Assembly: GCA_024137785.1 (NCBI GenBank)
Contig: JAHRHZ010000018.1
Location: 15,103,471 to 15,167,470, forward strand
Source: Ginglymostoma cirratum
Lineage: Eukaryota
Direction: 5' to 3'
Length of the DNA stretch: 64,000 nucleotides
In this document: positions 1-10,159 of the stretch, one piece after another
How the letters are laid out: each line of letters begins with the position of its first letter
Position numbering within the stretch: position 1 is the stretch's first letter
The notes under the pieces: model-generated
What the model saw: only the letters and a program-made list of their open reading frames with translations
The model's database searches: none
Told to the model about the DNA's origin: nothing
Position numbers and translations under genes: made by a program

Positions 1-322
1 TGCCGGCTTACCATCAAAGAAGTGTGTAGCCACCTCACTTCCTCAACCCACACTCAACAAAACATTGGCACTCAGTGGGAGACCATTCATCATCTCTTTT
101 AGTGACTGTCAAATTCTGGAATGATGGGATACACTTTCAAACTCCCTATTAGTTTAATGCTGGGTCAAATAACTTTGTTCTGTTCAGAGCCCATTTAAAG
201 CAGTGCTTTCAGTTCTGGGCAACACGTCAGTAAAGATGTTTTTACAAAAGTGTCAACATGATTTACCAGTATAATTATGGGGGATCCAGGGTAAAATTAA
301 GGATTGATTGCCTTGCACATAC

Positions 323-796
323 CAGTGGTCCTCAGACTGGGATCCTTAGACTTCGTAGAGACTTCCCACTAAGTTCACAAAATAACTGAGTGTCAGAGGA
401 GAAAGGCTTAGTGCCAAAAGGCAACAGCAGAGTTGTCATGTGCAGAGCTGAATGGACTTCGTTGTTTCATGTGGAAGGGAGTGCTGAGAGTGGCATGAAG
501 ATCCCCTGGTAGACCCAGTAACAAGTCTGGTGATGGATGCCTAGTGGGTTAACCTTGTTCAAGAAAAGGGGAGCTTTTTTTTAAAACTAAATGTTTAAAT
601 ATTTCTGTGCAAGGAGAAGCAGGCATACCCATCTCACTGATGTCTGCAAATAGATAGATATTTTCTTAGAAGCAATTTCAAAACACTTCACATCAGTGCT
701 TTCATATTAAGTATTATTTGAATTTAAAATGAAGATTGTGTGATTACTAATGCATTTGAAAGGAAGATCTTCAATCTAGTAGTCTGAAAACCATTG
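323..796. mobile_element. old hAT/Charlie-like MITE
   Basis: Imperfect TIRs CAGTGGTCCTCAGACT (323) and AGTCTGAAAACCATTG (781-796); right flank TTTTAGAA resembles a Charlie target; left TSD not conserved. Confidence 0.5.
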
Positions 797-869
797 TTTT
801 AGAATATCACAACCTAGTCTCAACCAAGATACTGACAGATGCATGTCTTTCCCTTCTCTCATTATGTAT

Positions 870-1045
870 CATGTGGAGGTGCTGGTGTTGGACTGGGATG
901 GACAAGGTCAGGAGTCAGATGACACCAGCTTATAGTCAAAAGGTTTATTTGAAATCACAAGCTTTGAAGTGACTTCACCTGACAAAGGGGCAATGCTCCA
1001 AAAGCTTGTGATTTCAAATAAACCTGGTGTTGTCTGACTTCTGAC
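870..1045. mobile_element. Penelope-like terminal hairpin insertion (family B) with decayed hammerhead motif
   Basis: Inverted arms ~908-966 / 1001-1047 plus ~37-nt unpaired tail; 12-bp TSD CTCATTATGTAT (858-869, 1046-1057); TCAC-CTGACAA-AGGGGC AAT GCTCC-AAAAGCTT-GTGA at 975-1011. Confidence 0.75.
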
Positions 1046-1706
1046 CTCATTATGTATGAATACCAGAATTACTTATATAGCTACTGATTAATATTCCAAT
1101 AAGTCCAATGTGCCCTTACAGAAATCAGCAGACATCAGTTTCAGGTAATAGTTGACTGCACCCATATGACTATTGATACACCCCACAATGAGCTCCCTAC
1201 CTTCATGAACATAAAAGGCTTCTGCTGTTGACTGATTACCACTGACGTAGTATACAGATACAAAATCCACACTTGTCCAGAGAGCACATAGATCCAGAGC
1301 CTTGGAACCATTGGATCATCACTGACCACATATTAAACTGGTCAAATAATGTGTTTGCTGCCTTGATATGTCAGAAGACTTTGCAGTAATAGGCAGATTT
1401 ATCAGAATTAAGCTTTTTGACTTTGCAAGTAACTAATTGTACAGGCTTGCTGTAGAATCCAGTGAATATTACATTACAAGTTGTCAGCACACTACCTTAA
1501 TGCACTTGAGGGTTCAGCAACAACTCCAGTTACCTCCCCAAACTAACTAACATTCAACTCCTGTCCATGTGAACCTTTGATATTTCAATCTGACACTCTC
1601 TCCCCCCTCAAACAAACATTGCCTGATTTCCCCATTTTTCCACACAAATAGGAAATACAGGATATTTTAATGATCTTTCAATATTTTCAATAGCTGCCTG
1701 AAAGAA

Positions 1707-2048
1707 TGATTGAATCCCTACAGTGTGGAAACAGGCCATTTGGCCCAGCAAGTCCAATCTGCCCCTACAAAAGCGCATCCCACCCAGACCTATCCCTCTA
1801 CCCTTACATTTTCACATAGCTAATCCACCTAATTTACACACCCTTGGGCACTACGGGCAATTTAGCATGGCTAATCCACCTAACCCGCACATCTTTGGAC
1901 TGTGGTAGGAAACTGGAGCACCCGGCAGAAACCCACACAGACATGGGGAAATTGTGCAAAGTCCACACAGACAGTCAACCGAGGGTGGAATCAAACCCAA
2001 GTACATGGCACTGTGAAGCAGCAGTGCTAAGCGCTGAGCCACCATACC
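1707..2048 (-). mobile_element. tRNA-derived HE1-like SINE
   Basis: Minus strand shows A-box TGGCTCAGCG and B-box GGTTTGATTCC, ending in a CR1-type tail (CCTGTTTCCACACTGTAGGGATTC). Confidence 0.85.
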
Positions 2049-2125
2049 GGTTGATGACCATTTTAGATAACATCCTTGTAGATGTCTTTGAAGTTAATAA
2101 ATTGAATAAAAGGAAAAGGAAATAC

Positions 2126-2300
2126 CTATGATCGCCCCCAAGAATGACACAGAGCCGGCCATCTGCTTTTACTTTGTTTACAGCTTGAAATAATTTTGCG
2201 TTTGCTTTCCCCACGGTCCTTGGCATTTTGACAGTTCCGAATGGTTCATCTTTCGGCTCATCTTCAAATGTCAAATTACCATAGTCCTTCAGGTCACAAC
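2126..2300 (-). CDS. ARG1: arginase (ARG1-type) coding exon 3
   Basis: AG/GT-bounded 175-bp exon: (G)CDLKDYGNLTFEDEPKDEPFGTVKMPRTVGKANAKLFQAVNKVKADGRLCVILGGDH(S); GGDH Mn-ligand motif; lacks the extra residue of ARG2 in this exon. Confidence 0.93.
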
Positions 2301-3020
2301 CTTGAAATGTAAAAATGGAAGGAAATTGTGTGTGGTGGGCAAGATAAATGCAAACCTACTCAATCAAGTACAATTTTAGGAATCAGTAAATAATCTATAA
2401 AAGCCCTTAGAGTTCTCAGTAAAGTGCATCTATAGGTGTTGTGAACAAATTTTAGAAACCGGTAAAGTCACAAGTTAAATGTTCTGTGCTGGACTGACTA
2501 GTTGGAATGTGAATACTGACTTCAAAATCCTGTGCCACAGGTGGGAAAAATAACAGACAACCTTCCAAATATCTGGTCCTAACACGGTATTTCCAGCTCA
2601 TGGGACACTGTCCGGTGATGATTTAAATTTACTTAACTCTGATAGCTTTGTAATTAAAGTATTCTCGTTTATGTCATCTGGTCCCAAATATGAAGTATGG
2701 CCATGTGAATTGTGTGTTTTATGTGCTTTATGAAAATGATATGATACAGTATTTAATAAATTTCAGTCGTAACATCTAACAACAGGACACCTTATATTAT
2801 AGTCTTTATAATAGCCAGGCAAAATAACTTGGCCTTTTCTGGACCTTTACAATTTACCACCTGCTCAAAGCTCAAATGTTCAGTTTTATCACTGGAGTTA
2901 GCCAAAAATTTACACTCAATCCCAATTAATAGCCTCATTTCAAGCAAATTTAAAAGTGAATTCACCCAAGCCCCCTTCAACAGCACCTTCCGAACCCATT
3001 ACCACCACCATCCTGGCATA

Positions 3021-3188
3021 GGCGGCACGGTGGCTCTGTGAATAGTCCACAGATGTGCAGGTTCGGTGCATTAGCCGTGGGAAATGTAGAGTGACAGGGA
3101 TAATGTAGGAGGTGGGATGTTCTTCGGAAGGTCGGCGGACTCGATGGGTCGAATGGCGTGCTTCTGCACTGTAGGGATTCTGTGATCT
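3021..3188 (+). mobile_element. internally deleted HE1-like SINE
   Basis: GGCGGCACGGTGGCTC head fused to SINE body and CTGCACTGTAGGGATTCT tail. Confidence 0.7.
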
Positions 3189-3231
3189 CAACGGACAATG
3201 GCAGCAGATACATCATCATCATCATCATCTG

Positions 3232-3408
3232 CAAATCCAAGCCACACGCCATTCTGAACTATATCACCGTTGCTTTGGGTAACAATCCTTTGAGTCTCCC
3301 AGAAAGGTGTGCCAATGTGGACTGCAACGGGTCAAGAAGGCAGCGTGCCACCACCTTCTGAAGAGCAATTAGGATAGGCAATAAATGCTGGCCTAGCCAG
3401 TGACGTCC
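3232..3408 (+). mobile_element. 3' end of second LINE family (L2/CR1 group)
   Basis: Tail CACCACCTTCT...GGCAATAAATGCTGGCCTAGCCAG shared with the copies at 19585-20090 and 32580-33450. Confidence 0.65.
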
Positions 3409-4080
3409 TTTCAATTTTACACTTCCACAAGCCACACGGAGTTCAACAATTTCAGGTCATAAATGCCATCATTCCAGACAGCAGCTGTTAATAATGATTG
3501 CCATTTACACCTCCTTTAGAACAATATTTGCTTTCTTATCCTGTTCGCCGGGCACTATCATCCATTTTGTTACTTAATCTCCCCTGCCTTCCACTTTACC
3601 AGAGGCCAACTTTTTCCTTCTTTCCTTTCCTCTTTACCACTGTGCTTATTTTGAAAACCGATTACCTCTAACTTTTAGTGACTCTGAAAGGTCACCACCC
3701 TTTTTTTTTTGAGTTGTTCAGAATCATCTAACATATCTATTCACCGCCGGTTTAAAAGTTTCATTTTTGTTTTGTTTTCAATTTGAAGAGGTAATGCCTA
3801 TTTGAATATGATTCAGGAACTGCTCGTTAAAAGTGAATAAAAAGGCTTTCAGAGTAATTTTAACTTGTGACTTTTCTTTGTAATGTGAGTGCAGGATTTC
3901 AACCGTCCCCTCTTTGTAGGTACGGTGGATCGATCGCAAAGATTTTGTACGCGCTTTAGGACACGCAAACATATATATTCCCAGCGCAAACTGAAAATGG
4001 AAAAGTTTCCGATCATAACTTGTTGACCTTTTCGGAAATGATTTCAATATTTACGTTCGAATGACTCTCCGAATTATTAC

Positions 4081-4153
4081 CTCCAGCCTGAAGCGCAGTC
4101 AGCAGTCCAGATCTTCTTAAAGCGTCTGGTCCCGTTTTTACACCCTCCTTTCC
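4081..4153 (-). CDS. ARG1: arginase coding exon 2
   Basis: 73-bp exon, TAG| acceptor and |GTAAT donor: GKEGVKTGPDALRRSGLLTALQAG(G), aligns with human ARG1 [25 protein letters not shown]; phases match exons 1 and 3. Confidence 0.92.
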
Positions 4154-4254
4154 CTATAGACATGCATAAGGAGCTTACAGTAAAACAGAAAATAAAAGAG
4201 CCTTTTAAAAATACGGTTTTTCCGAACCCTAACTAGCGCATTCGCACAGCATAC

Positions 4255-4362
4255 CTGTCCCCTTGATAACGGTGCTCCAAGGATTCCTATTTTGTGGTTA
4301 AATCTTCTACAGATGATACTGACACCCTGTTTTAAAAGAATCATTCCCTTTCCGGGTAACAT
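4255..4362 (-). CDS. ARG1: arginase coding exon 1 with N-terminal extension
   Basis: ATG at 4362; MLPGKGMILLKQGVSIICRRFNHKIGILGAPLSRGQ|GTATG; the IGILGAPLSRGQ motif and phase-0 intron after GQ match vertebrate arginases. Confidence 0.92.
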
Positions 4363-4700
4363 CTTGCTTCTTGGTTTCTAACAGACGAACTTCAAACTAT
4401 TAATAGTTTTTCGCTGCGAGTAATTTACTGTTTGCAGATTATAATTGAATTAACACAGATATCCTCTAGCCGACAGGAGAGCTTTATCGTTGGTGAGTAT
4501 AACTGAAGTAAACACACATAATCGGAATTATTATAGACAAATCTGCACACTGTGCACGGATTGGTTACATGGGTGATGTGTCACAGCAACACTAGGGATA
4601 TAGCCTGAAAACGCCGCCCTCCCTCAATAACACAATCATACGGTTGCTATTCAGCTTGACGAATGACATAAAGAGCTACAAAACCAAAGTCTGTGGATAC
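4363..4700 (-). promoter_or_regulatory. putative arginase 5'UTR / proximal promoter
   Basis: CCAAT on minus strand (4560-4564), GC-box-like CGCCGCCC (~4612-4619), TATA-like TTATAA (~4439-4444), locally raised CpG. Confidence 0.4.
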
Positions 4701-4701
4701 C

Positions 4702-7476
4702 CAGAGATCGTAGGAACTTCCGAAGCTAGAGTCAGAGATAACACAATGTGTTGCTGGATGAACACAGCAGGCTAGGCAGCATCAGAGGAGCAGGAAAGTT
4801 GACGTTTCGGGTCTGGACCCTTCTTCGGTAATGGGGAAGGGGGCTCTGAAATAAAGAGAACGGGGTAGGCGATGATAGAAGGTGGACAGAGGAGTAGATA
4901 GGTGGAGAGCAGACGGACAGGTCAAGGAGGCGGGGATGAAGCCAGTAAAGGTGAGTGTAGGTAGGGGGTTGAGATGGGGGTTGGTCAGGGACCAGGAAGG
5001 GCGGGTAGGTGGGAGGGAAGTAGGACAGGTTGAGGAGGAGGGAATGAAGCTAGTAGGTAGGAAGTGGGACTTGGGGGGGGTTGGTCAGTGAGGTGGGAGG
5101 AGCTGATAGGTGGGAGAAAAGACGGACAGGTCAAGGAGGTGGGGATGAGATGGGCTGGTCTTGGGATGCGGTAGGGGGAGGGGAGATTTTGAAGCTTGTG
5201 AAGTCCACATTGAGACCATTGGGCTGCAGCGGTCCCAAGCAAAATATGAAGTGCTGTTCCTCCAGCCTTTGGGTGGCATCGTTGTGGCACTGGATGAGGC
5301 CCAGGATGGACATGTTGTCCAAGGAGTCGGAGGGGGAGTTGAAGTGGTTCGCGACTGGGAGGTGTTGTCATTTGTCATGAACCGAGCGTAGGTGTTCCAC
5401 AATGTGGTCTCCAAGCCTCTGTTTGGTTTCCCTGATGTAGCAGAGGCCACATTGGGAAAGAAGGATACAATATACCACATTAGCAGAGATAACAAGATGT
5501 GGAGCTGGATGAACACAGCAGGACAAGCAGCATCATAGGAGCAGGAAAGCTTGACGTTTCAGGCCTAGACCCTTCATTTTCTGATGAGGGGTTTCAGCCC
5601 GAAACATCAAGCTTTCCTGCTGCTATGATGCTGCTTGGCCTGCTCTGTTCATCCAGCTCCACACCTTGTTATCTCAGATTCTCCAGCATCTGCAGTACCT
5701 ATTATCTCTGATACCACATTAGCAGATGTGCAGGTGAATATCTGTTTAATGTGGAAGGTATTCTTGGGGCCTGGGATGGGGGTGAGAGGGGGAAGTGTAG
5801 GGGCAGGTGTAGCACTTCCTGCGGTTGCAGGGAAAAGTGCCGGGAGTGGTGGGGCTAGTGGGGAGTGTGGAGCGGACGAGCGAGTCAAGGAGAGAGCGAT
5901 CTCTCCAGAAGGCAGATAAGGGTGGGGAGGGAAACATATCCTTGGTAGTGGGGTCGGATTGCAGATGGCGGAAGTGTCGGAGAATGATGTGTTGAATCCA
6001 GAGGTTGATGGGGTTGTACATGAGGACCAGGGGAATTCTGTCTTTGCTGTTATTGTGGGGAGGGGGTGTGAGGGCTGAGGTGCAGGGAAAGCGAGAGATG
6101 TGGTCGAGGGCGTTTTCAACCACTGTGGAGGAGAAATTGCTGTCCTTGAAAAACGAGGACATCTGGGCTGTCTGGGAGTGGAATGCCTCATCTTGGGAGC
6201 AGATGCGGCAGAGGCAAAGGAATTGGGAATAGGGGATGGCATTCTTGCAGGAAGGCGGGTGAGAGGAGGTGTATTCTAGGTAGCTGTGGAAGTCGATGGG
6301 CTTGAAGTAGGTATCAGTTTCCAGGTTGTTACCAGAGATGGAGACAGAGAGGTCTAGGAAGGAGAGAGAGGTATCGGAGATGGTCCAGGTGAACTTCAGG
6401 TTGGGGTGGAAGATGTTAGTAAAGTGGATGAACTGTTCGAACTCCTCGTGGGAGCCCAAGGCAGTGTCGATACAGTCATCGATACAACGAGGAAAAGGTG
6501 GGGGATGGGGCCAGTGTAGCTGCGGAAGAGGGATTGTTCCACATATCCTACAAAGAGGCAGGCATAGCTTGGGCCCATGTGGGTACCCATGGCCACCCCC
6601 TTTGTCTGTGGGAAGTGGGAGGAGTTGAAGGAGAAGTTGTTATGGGTAAAGACGAGTTTGGTTAAGTGGATAAGGGTGTCGCTGGAGGGGCGCTGGTCGG
6701 GCCTGTGGGAAAGGAAGAAGCAGAGGGCTTTTAGACCATCTGCATGGGGAATGCAAGTATATAGGGACTGGACATCCGTGGTGAAGATGAGGTGTTGAGG
6801 ACCAGGGAATCGGAAATTTTGGAGGAGGTGGAGGGCTTAGGTGGTGTCACGGACATGGGTGGGGAGTTCCTGGACCAGCGGGGAGAAAATGGAGTTGAGA
6901 TAAGTGGAGGTAAGATCAGTGGGACAGGAGCAGGCAGAGACAATGGGTCGACCAGGGCAGTCAGGTTTATGGATTTTGGGAAGGAAATAGAAACGGGCGG
7001 TGCGGGGTTGGGGAACAATGAGGTTGGAGGCTGTGGGTAGACGGTCACATGAGGTTATGATGGTCTGGGAGATGATGTTTTGGTGGTCAGAGGTGGGGTC
7101 ATGATCAAGGGGGTGGTAGGAGGAAGTGTCAGAGAGTTGGCGCCTGGCATCGGCGATGTAGAAGTCAGTGCGCCATATCACAACTGCGCCTCCTTTGTCC
7201 ACGGGTTTTATAGCGAGGTTAGGGTTGGAGCAGAGGGCTGCATGTTCTGTGGGGGAGAGGTTGGAGTGGGTGAGAGGAGTGGAGAGGTTGAGGCAATTGA
7301 TATTACGATGGCAGTTGGAGATGAAGAGGTCGAGGAGGGTAGGAGGCTTTGGGGTGGTGTCCAGGAGGAAAGGGTGTGTTGGAGGTGGGAATAGGTGTCA
7401 GTAGAGGGGTGGTTAGGTTCACGTTTAAAGAAGTAAGCGTGGAGGCAGCGCAACAACTGTTCAATGTCCAGGCGTG
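4702..7476 (-). mobile_element. 5'-truncated Penelope-like element, Neptune type (RT + Cys linker + GIY-YIG), frameshifted
   Basis: DKGGAVVIW, FYFLPKIHKPDCPGRPIVS, AMGTHMGPSYACLF, RCIDD, SFLDLSV, HPPSCKNAIPYSQF, GTFPCNRRKCYTC linker, NVVYCI...CYI-ETK, HFNSP; terminal repeat with hammerhead-like motif at 4801-4828. Confidence 0.92.
5487..5710. mobile_element. Penelope-like palindromic mini-insertion (family A) nested in the GIY-YIG region
   Basis: ~90-bp inverted arms meeting at ~5578, ~35-nt tail, 15-bp TSD ATACCACATTAGCAG (5472-5486, 5711-5725). Confidence 0.9.
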
Positions 7477-7799
7477 AGAGTATTCATTAATGTTCGAGTG
7501 GAGGGGGATAATGGGATACTCAGCAGGTCTGACAACGTTTGTTGGAGAGGAGTTAACATTAGGACAAAGATCCTTTATCAAAATGTGACATGAAATTATG
7601 TCATACCAATGTTGTGTTATCAGTATGACTAATGGTTGCCAACCAATCAACATACTCCACTAAAACCCAAGCAAAATAATTTGAAGGATGGAAATCTGAA
7701 CGAAAAACAGAAAATGTTGGAAATGATCAGCCAGTCAGCAGCATCTGTAGCAAGAAGAATAGAATTAACACTTCAGATCAGTGCCTTTTCATCAAAGGA

Positions 7800-8150
7800 A
7801 ACAGCCATTGATCCAATAGCTGATCTGATAATACTGAACTCCACTTTCCAGCCTAAATTCCCATAACCCTTGATTCCCTGATAGATTACAATCTGTTCAT
7901 TTCAGCTTTGAATATATTTAATGACCCAGCCTCCATTGCTCTCTACCTTAAAGAATTCCAGATTCACTACCCCTTGAGAGAAAAATACCCTGCTCAGCTC
8001 TGTCTCAACAGGGGAACCTTTTACTCCATTGCTAATTACATCCTTTATAGTAGACTCTTCACATTTTCCCAATGACAGATGTTAATCTAATTGGCTTATA
8101 CTTACACACATTTTGTCTCCCATTTTGAACAAGAGTATTACATTGGCAGT
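7800..8150 (-). mobile_element. CR1 LINE 3' fragment (old)
   Basis: Similar to the CR1 3' region at 45555-45960 (AAAGAATTCCA, CCCTTGATTCC motifs). Confidence 0.6.
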
Positions 8151-8154
8151 CATG

Positions 8155-8283
8155 AACCTGCAGCTTTTTGGGTTATTAGGAACCTAACTTTCCCTGAGGC
8201 ACCAGATACTAAAACCTTTCAAGAGTTGATGGGTTTAGTTAAGCAATATTTATGACACCATGCCTCCCCTAATTTTGAGACGC
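8155..8283 (+). mobile_element. Gypsy gag fragment
   Basis: Reads PAAFWVIRNLTFPEAPDTKTFQELMGLVKQY, typical of Gypsy gag N-termini. Confidence 0.5.
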
Positions 8284-8620
8284 CAACCAGACATCCTAAT
8301 CTGACCTAGTCCCACTTGTCAGCATTTGGCCCATATCCCTCTAAACCTTACTATTCATATACCCATCCAGATGCCTTTTAAATGCTAGAATTGTACCCAC
8401 CTCCACCACTTCCTCTTGCAATTCATTCCACACATGTACCACCCTCTGTGTAAAAAAAGTTCTCCGTGGGTCTTTCTAAAATATTTCTGTTCTCACCTTA
8501 AACCAATGCCCTCTAGTTTTGGACTCCCCTGCCGTTGGAAAAAGATCTTGGCTATTCACCCAACCCATGGCCGTCATGATTTTTAAACCTCTTTAAGGTC
8601 ATCCCTCAGTCTCTGATCTT
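8284..8620 (-). mobile_element. CR1 (HER1-like) LINE 3' end
   Basis: Near-identical to reverse complement of 17180-17500 (ESKTRGH...WN.LPEEVV...GYGPNA). Confidence 0.85.
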
Positions 8621-9179
8621 CCCAATTTCTGTGGTGCATGTTCTGCCAAAACCAAAAAGAAGAACATTTGCTGAAGGGAAATGTTATTACTGCTGGAAAG
8701 AATCATAGCAAAGGAAAAAGTGCCAGAAGCAATCAAGGTAGATGTTAGCAATTAGGAGGGCTACAACATAGTTAATTTGTAACTCCTAGCATTCCCTAGT
8801 CAAGAAAGCCCAAGGCAAACATATCACAGAAGAATTTTACTCCAAAGATAAAGTTGACAAACCAGAAACAATCAAAAGGGAGTGGAAAAAGTGCAATCAG
8901 TTTCATAAAATGTAGAATGGCATCTGCTTAGTATGATATATGAAGCAGAGTGTAAGGCAGATACTACTATTAAATTTAGTATTCAGTGGTCTACTAGACC
9001 TTATTTGTTACTGGTAAATGTGTGAGTACTTTATTTCTAGTTTATTTAAACTCAATATGGTATTAAAAGCTGAAACCAAAGTAATAATACTGACATGCAA
9101 AGTATCAGATGAGTAACTACTGCAAATGTGGGAGGGTTTGAAGGAATTAATTGGGAAAGTGAACCAAAACATAACATTT

Positions 9180-9411
9180 GATTTGATTTATTATAGTCAC
9201 ATGTACCTAAGTACAGTGAAAGGCTTTGTTTTGCAAGCTGTACAGGCAAATCATAGCAAACAAGGACATACAGATCATAGGTGCTTATACAGAGTGAGGC
9301 ATACAGGTTACAGCTGCACAGGAGATGTGCAAAGCAAGATCAACAGTATTTGAAGTTAGAGAGATCATTCATCAGTCTGATAATGGCAGGGAAGACGCTG
9401 TTCTTGAACCT
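9180..9411 (-). mobile_element. L2-like LINE 3' tail
   Basis: TTTATT...GTCACATGTACC...GTACAGTGAAA tail pattern and GTTCTTGAACCTG; a related plus-strand tail occurs near 12390-12445. Confidence 0.45.
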
Positions 9412-9587
9412 GAGATAACAAGGTGTAGAGCTGGATGAACACAGCGGGCCAAGCAGCATCAGAGGAGCAGGAAGGCTGATGTTTCAGGCCTAGACCCTTT
9501 TCTGAAGAAGGGTCTAGGCCTGAAATGTCAGCCTTCCTGCCTTCCTTATCTCAGATTCTCCAGCATCTGCAGTTCCTACTATCTCTG
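9412..9587. mobile_element. Penelope-like palindromic mini-insertion (family A), right arm partly deleted
   Basis: Arms meet at ~9500; CTGAAGAAGGGTCTAGGCCTGAAATGTC at 9502-9529; same tail as the 5487 copy; no TSD found. Confidence 0.85.
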
Positions 9588-10159
9588 TAAGGAAGCATCG
9601 GTTAGAAACATTATGGGATTGGCTCCCCCTAATGGCACTGTGTGGTGTAGTACTGCCACACAGGCAAAATTATGCTATGTCTGGCCTGTATTCGTCTTAC
9701 TTGGGGAGCAATTGGGTAGGGACGGAAATATTAATCATGGTATGTGAGTTATCTGTGTCCAAGTTCTGCTGTCAGAGAGAAAGCAGACAGAGATATTGAG
9801 TGAAGACAGGATCAGATATTGACAGTGATGACCTTGTCCAGATTTATGACTCTGTCCTACTCCTATTGTCTTCCTGTGAATTATACACATTAAGTCATGG
9901 TGCACCAGAAAGATGATGTCATCTGAAACTATTTGCAATTAGAAAACCAGGTACTGGTAATTTGATACAATTAATATGATGAAACTGTTGGCGAAAGAAA
10001 CAGAAGAAAAAATTCAGAGAATGGAAGGAGGCTGTACAATCTGTCAAGTACATGCTGTTGCAATGCAAGAGAACTCAGCTGGTCCCAGACCTTTGCTCTT
10101 TCCCTGTAACTCTACAATTTTCTTCACTTCAGTTGCTTATCCAGTTCGATTTTTATTTT

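Noticed and set aside
1088-1329. Minus-strand ORFs as arginase exon 4 (a DLCALW stretch resembles DLCVIW)
   Set aside because: No DAHxD or SGNLHG motif in any frame; exon 4 must lie left of the window
1990-2048. tRNA genes at SINE heads (also 45126-45200)
   Set aside because: A/B boxes run into SINE body and tail; no full cloverleaf
3211-3228. (CAT)6 giving poly-Met / poly-Ile ORFs
   Set aside because: Simple microsatellite
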